A stretch of 61,040 nt of DNA. Source: a virus. Taxonomy: Duplodnaviria > Caudoviricetes. The DNA lies in the IMG/VR virus record IMGVR_UViG_3300033233_000042, positions 1 to 61,040 of that record. One strand, written 5' to 3'. Numbering within the stretch: the stretch's first letter is position 1; each line of letters begins with the position of its first letter. The translations under genes and the position numbers were made by a program. Shown here in pieces: positions 18,478 through 27,189 of this stretch. Under the pieces are notes generated by a model that made no database searches, was not told where the DNA came from, and worked only from the letters and a program-made list of their open reading frames with translations.

Positions 18478-18856
18478 GATATAGCAAGCCGAACATAAGC
18501 AAGGCGAATAGTTGCTAACGATTAGCAATTGCAAAAGACAAGCTTACTGAATGGCAAGCAAGAAAACGATTGATAATTGTTCCTATTCGCAAAAGAGAAG
18601 CAACTGTTCGCTCAATCCCAAAGCTAATAGAAAAGCCAAAGAGAAAGCTAACCAAAGTTAACCAAGCTTAACCGAATAGCTAAACGCAAACAAGGGAAAC
18701 TTGTTCACTAGTGCTTAGGCTTAGGTTACTAAGCTTGCTAAGACAAAGAGCAGAAAACTAAAATTTCGGTTTTTCTACCTTCCCAAGACCTAGGGGTTAG
18801 AAAATTTCGCGAAACTTTTTCGTCTAGAATTCATAGTCGTTAGTCTTTGTTAGTGT

Positions 18857-18869
18857 AATCAAATACTTA
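18857..18869 (+). promoter_or_regulatory. IHF-consensus site
   Basis: AATCAAATACTTA fits WATCAANNNNTTR exactly; identical at 60466-60478. Confidence 0.5.
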
Positions 18870-19364
18870 GATATTGTTCTTAAACAAGACGACTATATTA
18901 CCTGGATGGAATATTTCAATGATTCCAGGTAGTTAGATTAGCATCGTAGTTTTAGGGTAAACTTGACAAACTCGAGACGACTATGACGAGAAGCTAGATT
19001 CCACAAGGCCGTCTTGAGATTGTCAAGAAAAAAAGATCAAAGTTTTCATTTCTAGGGGGGTAATACTTTCTTTCACGAAGTCAGTTTTCCATTCAAGGGA
19101 AAGAATAGCTAATACGAAGCATAACTAATTTTCCCTTCCTAGTCAATAAGAAAGAGGGTTTTTCCTTCCTAGCAAGAAAGTTTCCCTTCTTGGATGCTAA
19201 GGAAGGAATTCTTCTCTTTGCTCACCGAAAGTTATCGTGCTCACCGATATTGCTTCCGTATTGGCGAACAAGTTTCTGTTCTTCGGCTAAGGAATGGATT
19301 TTCTCTTTCTGGTAGTCTTGTCTTTGCTTCCCAAAGCTTCCTTCTCTTGGCATAAACGAATAAC

Positions 19365-19393
19365 TTGACAAAAACTTGTGTCTTAGGTATAAG
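19365..19393 (+). promoter_or_regulatory. Sigma70-type early promoter
   Basis: TTGACA-N17-TATAAG upstream of AGGAGG and ATG 19447. Confidence 0.85.
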
Positions 19394-19446
19394 CTATATT
19401 GCGTTTAACCACAAACTATAACTTAAACCAAAAGGAGGGTTTTAAA

Positions 19447-20223
19447 ATGGCTTTTATCCATAGTTACGGATACGATCCAGAATGGCGTTACCATGGCAAC
19501 CCCCGCAATCACCTGCTCATGGGGGTTGAATTAGAAGTTGATGGCGGGGGTGAGGATGAGGACAAAGCCGCCAATGTTCTGAGAATTCTCAATGGGTCAG
19601 AATATTCAGAAATTAATTGTTACATTAAACATGATGGTTCCTTAAGGGATGGTTTTGAGATAGTTTCTCAACCGTCCACACTCAAGTATCACACCACTAA
19701 GATTCCATGGCAAGCCGCATTCGACTATTTAAGAAGGAATGGATATCGTAGTGGATCCACATCCACATGTGGTCTCCACATCCATATCAATAGGTTATAC
19801 TTTGGCAAAACAGAAGAAGAAATAACCGATAATGAGGCGAAGCTATTGTGGTTTTTTGAAACATATTGGCGTAAGTTAGTTATTTTTTCGAGAAGAAAAC
19901 CGGAACAAATTTCCCGATGGTGTGCTCGATATGGGCACACTAATTTTGAACAAGCAATAGAAGATAATAGGGATTCAAGATACTATGCATTGAATTTCAG
20001 AAACTTCGCAACCGATGAAATTCGGTTGTTTAAAGGAACATTGGTGTATCCGATATTCGAGGCCACATTGCGCCTCGTTTATAACATCGTTAGATATTGC
20101 AAGACTAGGTCATTGGAAGCTCTACAACAAGAAAAATGGGAAAACTTCTTGCTGTTTATTCTAAAGGATATTGAGAAGAACAAGCCGTTGATCGATTACA
20201 TGATGGCAAGAGGTATTTGGTAG
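19447..20223 (+). CDS. Putative amidoligase (COOH-NH2 ligase)
   Basis: GVELEV, HDGSL..GFEIVS.P, CGLHIH, RYYALN and EIRLF motifs. Start set at ATG 19447 after AGGAGG. Confidence 0.85.
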   Translation: MAFIHSYGYDPEWRYHGNPRNHLLMGVELEVDGGGEDEDKAANVLRILNGSEYSEINCYIKHDGSLRDGFEIVSQPSTLKYHTTKIPWQAAFDYLRRNGYRSGSTSTCGLHIHINRLYFGKTEEEITDNEAKLLWFFETYWRKLVIFSRRKPEQISRWCARYGHTNFEQAIEDNRDSRYYALNFRNFATDEIRLFKGTLVYPIFEATLRLVYNIVRYCKTRSLEALQQEKWENFLLFILKDIEKNKPLIDYMMARGIW

Positions 20224-20248
20224 AAACCGAATATAGGAGGCTAAACAC

Positions 20249-20851
20249 ATGTGCGTAATAGCAATTTCTCAATCCGGAAGGAAGCTTCCGAAGGAATGGA
20301 TTGAAGATATGTTCTTGGCTAATGATGATGGTTGCGGGATTGCTTATATCCATAACGGGAAAGTTGTTGTCAGAAAAGGATTTATGAAGCTTGATCCTTT
20401 TTTGGAATTCTATGATCAAATTCCGGAAACAGTCCATATTGTTCATTTTCGGCTTGCAACACATGGGGGCGTGTCACCACAATATACTCATCCTTTTCGT
20501 ATTGATATTCCGGATAAGCTTCAAACTAGTTATGAGGCTAACCTTGTTCTTTTTCATAATGGTGTAATCAAGAATTATCAAGCCTATGCTAAGCTTGCCA
20601 ATGTTTCGCCGAAGAATTCCGATACTTTCTGCTTAGCAAGATATTTGGCCAAACTAGACCACAAAGACAAACTAGATCTATTGGTGAAGCAAACATCCAA
20701 ATTCGCAATTCTTTCTCCGAAAACGATTATCACAATTGGCGAGTTCTTCAAGAAAGACAATTTTTGGTTTTCGAATTTGCATTGGGAAAACTATAGCCTC
20801 ATTAAGGAATACATGAAATATTGGAAACATTGGAAGCAACGGAAAGATTAG
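20249..20851 (+). CDS. Class II (Ntn) glutamine amidotransferase
   Basis: N-terminal Met-Cys, NDDG.G, HFRLATHG, HPF, HNG and SDT motifs. Confidence 0.9.
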   Translation: MCVIAISQSGRKLPKEWIEDMFLANDDGCGIAYIHNGKVVVRKGFMKLDPFLEFYDQIPETVHIVHFRLATHGGVSPQYTHPFRIDIPDKLQTSYEANLVLFHNGVIKNYQAYAKLANVSPKNSDTFCLARYLAKLDHKDKLDLLVKQTSKFAILSPKTIITIGEFFKKDNFWFSNLHWENYSLIKEYMKYWKHWKQRKD

Positions 20852-20882
20852 ATTAGGATAACCGAAACTAACGCAAAGCTTT

Positions 20883-20912
20883 GGAGGCCAATTTGGCCTC
20901 CATTTTTATTTC
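20883..20912 (+). terminator. Intrinsic terminator
   Basis: GGAGGCCAA-T-TTGGCCTCC dyad followed by a T-rich tract. Confidence 0.8.
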
Positions 20913-21109
20913 TTTTCCCTTCCTTAGATATCCATTCCAGAAGCGTTTATTCTTGTTCTGGATGAATTCTTTCTTGCTAGCCAATATGGAAATACCTAAA
21001 CCGAAGCAAGCTTGCGTTTAAAGCGAAAATAGAGCTGTTCTCATACGTTTTCTTCCTAGTGCTTCCTTCCTAGTCGATCAAAAATTTTCTTTCTTGGTTG
21101 AAAAAATTC

Positions 21110-21138
21110 TTGACAAACATTTTAAGCTTTGGTATAAC
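21110..21138 (+). promoter_or_regulatory. Sigma70-type promoter
   Basis: TTGACA-N17-TATAAC with an A-tract upstream. Confidence 0.85.
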
Positions 21139-21187
21139 GTAAGCGTGTAATGGATGTTCTTTGATAACTAACCAATAGGAGGGTCGT

Positions 21188-21562
21188 ATGAAACTTTATC
21201 AATTTGCTGGTGGTCGCAAGATCGCCTACTGGATCCGGAAGGGTAACCAGGTTAAGTTCGGATCCATAAGTATCGAAGTATCCGAACATTTTAAGAAGAA
21301 TAAGGTTGCAAGAGGTAAGATTATGTGGCTTCCTCTAAGCAACCCGAAAGATCCCTGTTTGCTTCCGGAAGCAGATAGGGATCGGAATGCTTTAGTGATT
21401 ACCGAAGCATACAATATAAGGATAGTAAAGAATGCCGCAATCAGGTTAGAAAGTTACAACGAAAGCGGGGAAGTTTACCTGGTGGAACTATGGCCACCAG
21501 GTAGTATCGAAGTGGACGGCTACGTCCTTGAATGGGACGGCCGTCATCTTGAGGTTTATTAA
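21188..21562 (+). CDS. Hypothetical early protein (124 aa)
   Basis: AGGAGGG RBS behind a strong promoter. Confidence 0.75.
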   Translation: MKLYQFAGGRKIAYWIRKGNQVKFGSISIEVSEHFKKNKVARGKIMWLPLSNPKDPCLLPEADRDRNALVITEAYNIRIVKNAAIRLESYNESGEVYLVELWPPGSIEVDGYVLEWDGRHLEVY

Positions 21563-21563
21563 T

Positions 21564-21802
21564 ACGGCTACATAGCCGTGAGGCCTAGGGTCGTCCCTAG
21601 GCCTAAAATTAGCCCTCAGAGGCCTTGGGATACGTGCGTCCGCTTGCCTCTGAGGGATTGCAGAAGCCCGCCCTAAGCCAGCTGGCGGGAAGGACCCGCC
21701 CGCTCGAGCTGTTTCGGATGGATTTTTTGGAGTAAGGTTACAGCGGCAGTGTGAAAGTTGTGTGATGCTGAAGAATATCATAAAATACAGATGCGGGCGG
21801 GT
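21564..21802. other. GC-rich multi-hairpin intergenic element (candidate structured RNA)
   Basis: Five consecutive stems, including 21581-21590/21595-21604, 21613-21623/21646-21656 and 21694-21703/21793-21802. Confidence 0.55.
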
Positions 21803-21835
21803 TTCAGCAAAAAACAAGCACAGAAGGAAACACAC

Positions 21836-22711
21836 ATGAAGAGCGGTTTACTTCGCTCACCGATTATTTGGTTTGGCGGCAAGGGTAACATGGTCGCCAA
21901 GTTGTTAAAGTTCATTCCTTCGCACAGAACATATGTAGAGGTGTTCGGCGGAGGAGCAAGCCTTCTGTTTGCCAAGGAGCCGTCCCCGGTAGAAGTATAT
22001 AACGATATAGACTCTGGGCTTGTGAACTTTTTCCGAGTGCTGAGAGATAAGGACAAGTTTCAGAAGTTCTATGAGAAGGTGTGCCTTACACCTTACAGCA
22101 GGGAAGAATACAACTACTGCAGAGCCACATGGCAGAACTGCGAGGATGAGGTGGAAAGAGCATATCGATGGTTTGTGGTTGCAAGAATGTCCTTCTCTGG
22201 CGATTTCGGACATAGTTGGAGCTTTAAAGTTACAGCTAGTTGTAAAGGGATGGCGGCAAGTTGCTCAGCTTGGCTAAGCGTGATTGAGGAGTTACCACTC
22301 ATGCACCAAAGATTTATGACCGTTCAGATAGAACACAAGGATTTCAGAGACCTAATAAGAACATACGACACCAAGGATACATTCTTCTATCTAGACCCAC
22401 CTTATGTTCCTGAGACACGCAGTTGGGGCAAATACAAACATGATTGCACTGACAAAGATCATAAGGATCTTGTAGAGATACTTCTGAATATCAAAGGCAA
22501 GGCTATGCTTAGCGGATACGCCAACAGAATCTACAAGAGACTAGAAGATGAAGGTTGGATAAGACACGATTTTGAGACTACCTGCCACGCTGTTGGCAGA
22601 ACAAAACAGACTGGGATCTTAGGCGAAGGCACAGCAAAAGAAAAGCACAAGAGAGTAGAGAGCATATGGCTATCACCAAATTGTTTAGACGAGCATAAAA
22701 TTTTCTCTTGA
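21836..22711 (+). CDS. DNA adenine methyltransferase (Dam/D12 class)
   Basis: WFGGK, YVEVFGGGAS, NDID and YLDPPY motifs. Probable start ATG 21836. Confidence 0.92.
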   Translation: MKSGLLRSPIIWFGGKGNMVAKLLKFIPSHRTYVEVFGGGASLLFAKEPSPVEVYNDIDSGLVNFFRVLRDKDKFQKFYEKVCLTPYSREEYNYCRATWQNCEDEVERAYRWFVVARMSFSGDFGHSWSFKVTASCKGMAASCSAWLSVIEELPLMHQRFMTVQIEHKDFRDLIRTYDTKDTFFYLDPPYVPETRSWGKYKHDCTDKDHKDLVEILLNIKGKAMLSGYANRIYKRLEDEGWIRHDFETTCHAVGRTKQTGILGEGTAKEKHKRVESIWLSPNCLDEHKIFS

Positions 22712-22736
22712 CATTCGTTTCGAGTTGTGCTATATA
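22708..22736 (+). promoter_or_regulatory. Sigma70-type promoter with extended -10
   Basis: TTGACA-N17-TATATA preceded by TG. Confidence 0.75.
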
Positions 22737-22779
22737 GGAAGCGTAATCAGTAGGAACAACCAAACAGAAGGAGGGTGCC

Positions 22780-23049
22780 ATGATTAGAGTCAAACAATTT
22801 TCGCTGAATGGCCGTCCGCAAGTCGATCAGATTATAGTTTCGACGGACACCCATGATTATCTGGTGTCCTACGGGAAACCGGTCGTTGCCTACAACCCGG
22901 AGAGAGTGCGGCTATATCGTTACTGGAATCACTCTCGCACGACGGCCAAATGTGTTATCCATTTCCTTGGTTGCAAAGACTCGAAGGAAGTAAGGGAGAA
23001 GATTGAGTCGGGTGAATACGAACTGGTGGATGAGATCACTATGTCATAA
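22780..23049 (+). CDS. Hypothetical protein (89 aa), paralogue of 24438-24665
   Basis: AGGAGGG RBS; shared IIVSTD and FL.C...EVRE.I..G.Y motifs. Confidence 0.75.
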   Translation: MIRVKQFSLNGRPQVDQIIVSTDTHDYLVSYGKPVVAYNPERVRLYRYWNHSRTTAKCVIHFLGCKDSKEVREKIESGEYELVDEITMS

Positions 23050-23061
23050 AGGAGGCCAGCC

Positions 23062-23571
23062 ATGAAAGAAAAATGGTTGTTGGAGAAAAGAGAGGCCGAA
23101 GGTAAAACATTCTTCCTTTTGAAAGTTGGAAGTTGTCGACATGACAAGCCTAGTTTCATAATCTGGGTCTCTCCCAAGCTGGTCACTCAGACTCAGGATG
23201 GCTTCTTCCTCGAACTCCCAGCTGAGAATGTCGAACTCACAAGAGGTAAGAAGGATCTAGTTCTCCGACCTGGCAACAAAAACTTATTCAACGTCTTTGT
23301 TCGATGTGGCTATCGTGGTGAGTCGGAAATAGAGATTCTCATTCCCGGCAGTGTGTTTGAATATCAGATATGGTCTTCTCCTCAAGGCAGTTTAGGCATC
23401 AGCAGAGGCGCTCTTGTCCTTACCGAAGGCTCCTCTGTTAAATATCGTTGGCGAAGAACGGGAAGGACATACGGATCCCCAACGGAAGGCGTGTCTATTG
23501 TTTCCCTGGACGGTCGCAAGACAGACCTTGAAGGGAGTGAGGAGGACGCACTTGCTAGCTTGGAGGGATAG
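23062..23571 (+). CDS. Hypothetical protein (169 aa)
   Basis: AGGAGG RBS; in operon. Confidence 0.75.
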   Translation: MKEKWLLEKREAEGKTFFLLKVGSCRHDKPSFIIWVSPKLVTQTQDGFFLELPAENVELTRGKKDLVLRPGNKNLFNVFVRCGYRGESEIEILIPGSVFEYQIWSSPQGSLGISRGALVLTEGSSVKYRWRRTGRTYGSPTEGVSIVSLDGRKTDLEGSEEDALASLEG

Positions 23572-23573
23572 CC

Positions 23574-23897
23574 ATGGAAGAAAGGTTCGGTTTTGCTGAA
23601 GTCGGCGGGGTCAAGATTTACAACACGACCCCATACCCGGTCAAGATACTCGACGAGAGCGGGAAAGTTGTTGTTGAAGTTCCGGAAGCGAGAGACCCGC
23701 TGAGATTGTTTGAGGACTACTCTTACTGTGGCAGTGTAGACGGATGTCAAATATTCAGGAAGACCTACATCACAACAGATCTTCCGCCCGAACAGAAGAA
23801 CACGTTCTACATTGTGCAATATCCTGTTGCACGTATTTCCTACAGACGTGATATTGTCCCGATTCAGCATGTAAACACAATTTATATTGTATCGTAA
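23574..23897 (+). CDS. Hypothetical protein (107 aa), NTTP motif
   Basis: RBS; similar to the next ORF. Confidence 0.7.
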   Translation: MEERFGFAEVGGVKIYNTTPYPVKILDESGKVVVEVPEARDPLRLFEDYSYCGSVDGCQIFRKTYITTDLPPEQKNTFYIVQYPVARISYRRDIVPIQHVNTIYIVS

Positions 23898-23925
23898 CAT
23901 ACTTAAACCAAAGGGAGGGCTAAGT

Positions 23926-24315
23926 ATGAGGAAAGTTGATGTTGATGCTTTGAAAGAGAGATTTGGAATTCTCGAAACCTGGAACCGAATTCTCGTGAAT
24001 ACCACGCCGCACAAAATTGATATTATGCTCCAGGGCGAGATCCTAGAGATCCCTGCGGCGAAGCAACCTCTTAGACTGCGAGAGGAAGCGAGATTTATTG
24101 GTATCGCAGGCAACATCCCTCTGTATGCAAAAGAATTCCTCCTGGAAGGCGACTTACCTTCAGAGGATGAGAGATGCGAGATTCTATATATCGTGCCTGC
24201 TATTGTAGCTCAACTACTCAGAAAGAATCGGCGGGATCTCATAGTTCCACACAATCTCGTTAGGGACACTAACGGAAATATAATCGGATGCGGCGGCTTC
24301 GCCTTCGTAGACTAA
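23926..24315 (+). CDS. Hypothetical protein (129 aa), NTTPH motif
   Basis: ATG 23926 after GGGAGGG; paralogous to the previous ORF. Confidence 0.7.
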   Translation: MRKVDVDALKERFGILETWNRILVNTTPHKIDIMLQGEILEIPAAKQPLRLREEARFIGIAGNIPLYAKEFLLEGDLPSEDERCEILYIVPAIVAQLLRKNRRDLIVPHNLVRDTNGNIIGCGGFAFVD

Positions 24316-24437
24316 TCTAATTTACCCTAGGAGAGCGACTTTAGGGTTCGGATATATAAACATACCACCCAATTCAGGGATTGCTCTCCTAGGCCTAAAG
24401 ATGACCTGGATAGAGTGATAACCATAAGGGGGATAAG

Positions 24438-24665
24438 ATGTTTGTGATTATCGTAAGCACCGACAACCAGGACTCACTAATTGCAACCGATAAAGTAACT
24501 GCATCTAAGGGACGGTTAGGTGTGTTCCTGGCCAATGATTGGGATGCATCTCCTGCAGTTGCGGAGTGTGTCGCTCGGTTCCTCGAGTGCGAGTCTATCG
24601 AGGAAGTGAGAGAAAGAATAGTCGCCGGGGACTACAAGGTAGTCCCAGAATTAACAATATTGTAA
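24438..24665 (+). CDS. Hypothetical protein (75 aa)
   Basis: RBS; paralogue of 22780-23049. Confidence 0.65.
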   Translation: MFVIIVSTDNQDSLIATDKVTASKGRLGVFLANDWDASPAVAECVARFLECESIEEVRERIVAGDYKVVPELTIL

Positions 24666-24686
24666 CCAGCCGAGGGAGGGTCGGCT

Positions 24687-25436
24687 ATGATGGAATATAA
24701 ATTGAAGAGCGTGAACATTAAAGCATTCTATACTATTAGCAATCTCAATATCGCACCACAGGGAAAGCATGTCCGAGTCTCTGGCAAGACCGGAGCAGGT
24801 AAGACCACAGTGGTTGGAGCGATCCTGCATGCTCTCTCTTGGGTAGATGCGAAGGGACACAAACGTGTTCCTGGTGCCGTGGTCGACTTTACTCTAATGG
24901 GAGAAGAGCGTCCGGAAACACCGATACATCCGGCTCTGATCTATCCGCAGATGCACGATGGACATCCTACTCTTCTGGTTAAAGAGATTCTGTATCCGCA
25001 ACTAAGCAAGCTAGAATCTGAGCTGCGTAAAGTTAAGAGTAAAATCAAGTTTCTGAACGACATGACAGAATATCTGGAGGCCTGTGAGAGCATTCCACCG
25101 GTTCGTATAACAAATGAGAGAATTGAATTGATGAAACAGCTGGACAAGCTTTATATGGATATCGACCAATACAAATATGTGTTTGAAGCTGATCTCCTGT
25201 TTGTGAAGTGGAATGCCTATAAGGATTATCACTACATGTCTTATGCCGAGAAGGTCGCCCTTTTGTTCAATTGCATAGCTGATATAGAAGAGCGCTTAGG
25301 CATCAGGTTTTTCAAGCTTGTAGATGACGGTGAAAGGCTAAGTCCAGAATTTATCGAGAACATTAAATCCAGGTGGCAGGTTATTTACACTTGGAAAGAG
25401 TATAACGAAGATCTAACCATAACGGTGGAGGATTAA
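24687..25436 (+). CDS. Short SMC/RecN-like P-loop ATPase
   Basis: N-terminal Walker A GKTGAGKTT, short coiled coil and C-terminal Walker B LVDDGERL; upstream of recT. Confidence 0.7.
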   Translation: MMEYKLKSVNIKAFYTISNLNIAPQGKHVRVSGKTGAGKTTVVGAILHALSWVDAKGHKRVPGAVVDFTLMGEERPETPIHPALIYPQMHDGHPTLLVKEILYPQLSKLESELRKVKSKIKFLNDMTEYLEACESIPPVRITNERIELMKQLDKLYMDIDQYKYVFEADLLFVKWNAYKDYHYMSYAEKVALLFNCIADIEERLGIRFFKLVDDGERLSPEFIENIKSRWQVIYTWKEYNEDLTITVED

Positions 25437-25437
25437 C

Positions 25438-26184
25438 ATGAGTGGAAACATTGCAAAATTGAATCAACTTCTAGCAACCCCAAGCGTTAAACAAAAGTTT
25501 GTCGATGCACTAGGCAAGGAAGCGGGATCCTTTCTGGCCTCACTAGTAGAGGTCTATTCCAACACGGGTCTCAGGGACTGCGATCCTGGGGATGTCTTGC
25601 GTGAAGCTCTGAAGGCGGCCGCCCTCAGACTCCCAATTGTCTCTGCTCTCGGTTATGCTTATCTGATTCCCTACAAGCGTGGCAACCGGACGATTCCACA
25701 GTTCCAGCTCGGCTATCGAGGTCTTATCCAGCTTGCTCTCCGCTCTGGTCAATACAAGCGCATTGCTGTTACTGAGGTCTATGAGGGAGAGCGGATTATC
25801 AAGAAGATAACTGGCGAGATCGAGAAGGCGGGAGAGCCTCTTAGTGACAACATCATTGGACTCATCGGTTACTTCCAGCTCAATTCCGGCTTTGAATGTT
25901 GGGACTCCATAACCAGAGAAGAAGCAGAAGCACACGGCAAGAGGTTCTCTAAGTCGTTCGACAGTCCATCCTCTCCATGGCAGACTGACTTCTGGGCTAT
26001 GGCCAAGAAGACACTGCTCAAGCGGATGCTGTCCAAATATGGGCTTATCTCTGTTGAGTTTGTCCAGGCTCTTGCTCAGGATAAGGAACCCGAGCAGATA
26101 GAGGGGCAAGGGGAAATTGAATTTATAGATGTAGATTACTCTGAGGTAGAAAAGGAGGGTAAAGATGAGAATCGAGAAAGTTAA
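25438..26184 (+). CDS. recT: RecT family single-strand annealing protein
   Basis: LGYAYLIPY, QFQLGYRGLIQLALRSGQY, VYEGE and SPWQTDFWAMAKKTLLK motifs. Confidence 0.93.
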   Translation: MSGNIAKLNQLLATPSVKQKFVDALGKEAGSFLASLVEVYSNTGLRDCDPGDVLREALKAAALRLPIVSALGYAYLIPYKRGNRTIPQFQLGYRGLIQLALRSGQYKRIAVTEVYEGERIIKKITGEIEKAGEPLSDNIIGLIGYFQLNSGFECWDSITREEAEAHGKRFSKSFDSPSSPWQTDFWAMAKKTLLKRMLSKYGLISVEFVQALAQDKEPEQIEGQGEIEFIDVDYSEVEKEGKDENRES

Positions 26185-26413
26185 GGCTTATGTCGAGGCA
26201 ATAGAAAAGATGTTCGGTGAGGAGGAAATTGTCTCTGTCGAGATGAATGAGTTCGTGATTAAGGTGGAAACCACCTGGGACGTATTTGTGGAACATCTCA
26301 GAGCTAACGACAGAGCAGAATGCTATGGTAAATTCGACAAACAGAATAGTCAGCTGATTCTCTCGTTTAGGTGTGACGACGGCTTTGTTCTAGTAACTAA
26401 GAAGCAGATCTAA
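26165..26413 (+). CDS. Hypothetical protein (82 aa)
   Basis: AGGAGGG RBS. Confidence 0.7.
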   Translation: MRIEKVKAYVEAIEKMFGEEEIVSVEMNEFVIKVETTWDVFVEHLRANDRAECYGKFDKQNSQLILSFRCDDGFVLVTKKQI

Positions 26414-26424
26414 TAAAACAGAAA

Positions 26425-26444
26425 CCCCTCCCATCTGGGAGGGG
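26425..26444 (-). terminator. GC hairpin, terminator-like in the antisense direction
   Basis: CCCCTCCCA-TC-TGGGAGGGG; T-rich tail only on the minus strand. Confidence 0.5.
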
Positions 26445-26470
26445 AAACCAACCAAAAGGAGGGTCGTGGG

Positions 26471-26983
26471 ATGTTTTTAGATAACATAACACACAGTAGG
26501 GAGGAAGTCAACAGTATGTTTGAACAAGACACAGTACTCTTCACCAAAAAGGAATACATCCCCGAGCTTGCAGACGTTGTGGAGGTGGTTAAGGACAGAT
26601 CTAACACAAGGCATATCCCTGTCTTTCGTGGAAGATCTAGTCTGATCACGGACGAGAAGTGGCTCCAAGAGTGGTTGGACGAGCATTCCCTCTGCCTAGA
26701 GGATGTGTTTGAGAAATGGGAGCCCTTTCCTAAGGAAGGAAGTGTGGAAAATCTAGGCAGTATAGAGGAGCTGTTCAACCTTGCTGGAGACAGGGTGCTG
26801 TTAGATATTAGACCGCAATTTCAGAGTAAGTTTGGGAGCAGGCAGATAATTCTATCAAGAGGAGGTGGAAAACATGACGAAAACATAAGAGTAGTGTATC
26901 CGGGAGAGCTGGCGTTGATTCTCAAGAGTAACGGTCTGAAATTCAGAGATGTGTTTACAAAATGGAGGGTAATGGAGGGGTAG
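26471..26983 (+). CDS. Hypothetical protein with internal duplication (170 aa)
   Basis: RBS; two halves ending LEDVFEKW and FRDVFTKW. Confidence 0.7.
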   Translation: MFLDNITHSREEVNSMFEQDTVLFTKKEYIPELADVVEVVKDRSNTRHIPVFRGRSSLITDEKWLQEWLDEHSLCLEDVFEKWEPFPKEGSVENLGSIEELFNLAGDRVLLDIRPQFQSKFGSRQIILSRGGGKHDENIRVVYPGELALILKSNGLKFRDVFTKWRVMEG

Positions 26984-26985
26984 AT

Positions 26986-27189
26986 ATGAGACTGGATATT
27001 CTGAAGTATAGAGTGATGGATCATGTCTGCAACATCGCAAAACACATCTGCATTGAACGAGGTTACCTGGCGGAAGGGCTCTATTTAGCACAGGAGCTTA
27101 AAGACCGCTGGGATGAGATTTTCGATTCGGCAATGAAAAAGATTCCCAGAAAGGAGAGAGATGACAATGGGAAAGACGATGAAGAATAG
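26986..27189 (+). CDS. Hypothetical protein (67 aa)
   Basis: ATG 26986 after GGAGGG. Confidence 0.6.
   Translation: MRLDILKYRVMDHVCNIAKHICIERGYLAEGLYLAQELKDRWDEIFDSAMKKIPRKERDDNGKDDEE

Larger units (their letters stand above)
1..19455 (+). repeat. Copy A of long diverged direct repeat (homologous to 41052-61040)
   Basis: Same gene order and near-identical proteins. Offset is 41051 at the left end and 41585 at the right end. Confidence 0.97.

Noticed and set aside
21745-21790. Hammerhead ribozyme core (GAAA and CTGAAGA)
   Set aside because: Only 11 nt separate the motifs, too few to form the required stems.
23382-24116. 244-aa minus-strand ORF, and similar ones at 25543-26109 and 32740-33240
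   Set aside because: They overlap well-supported plus-strand genes and have no recognisable motifs.
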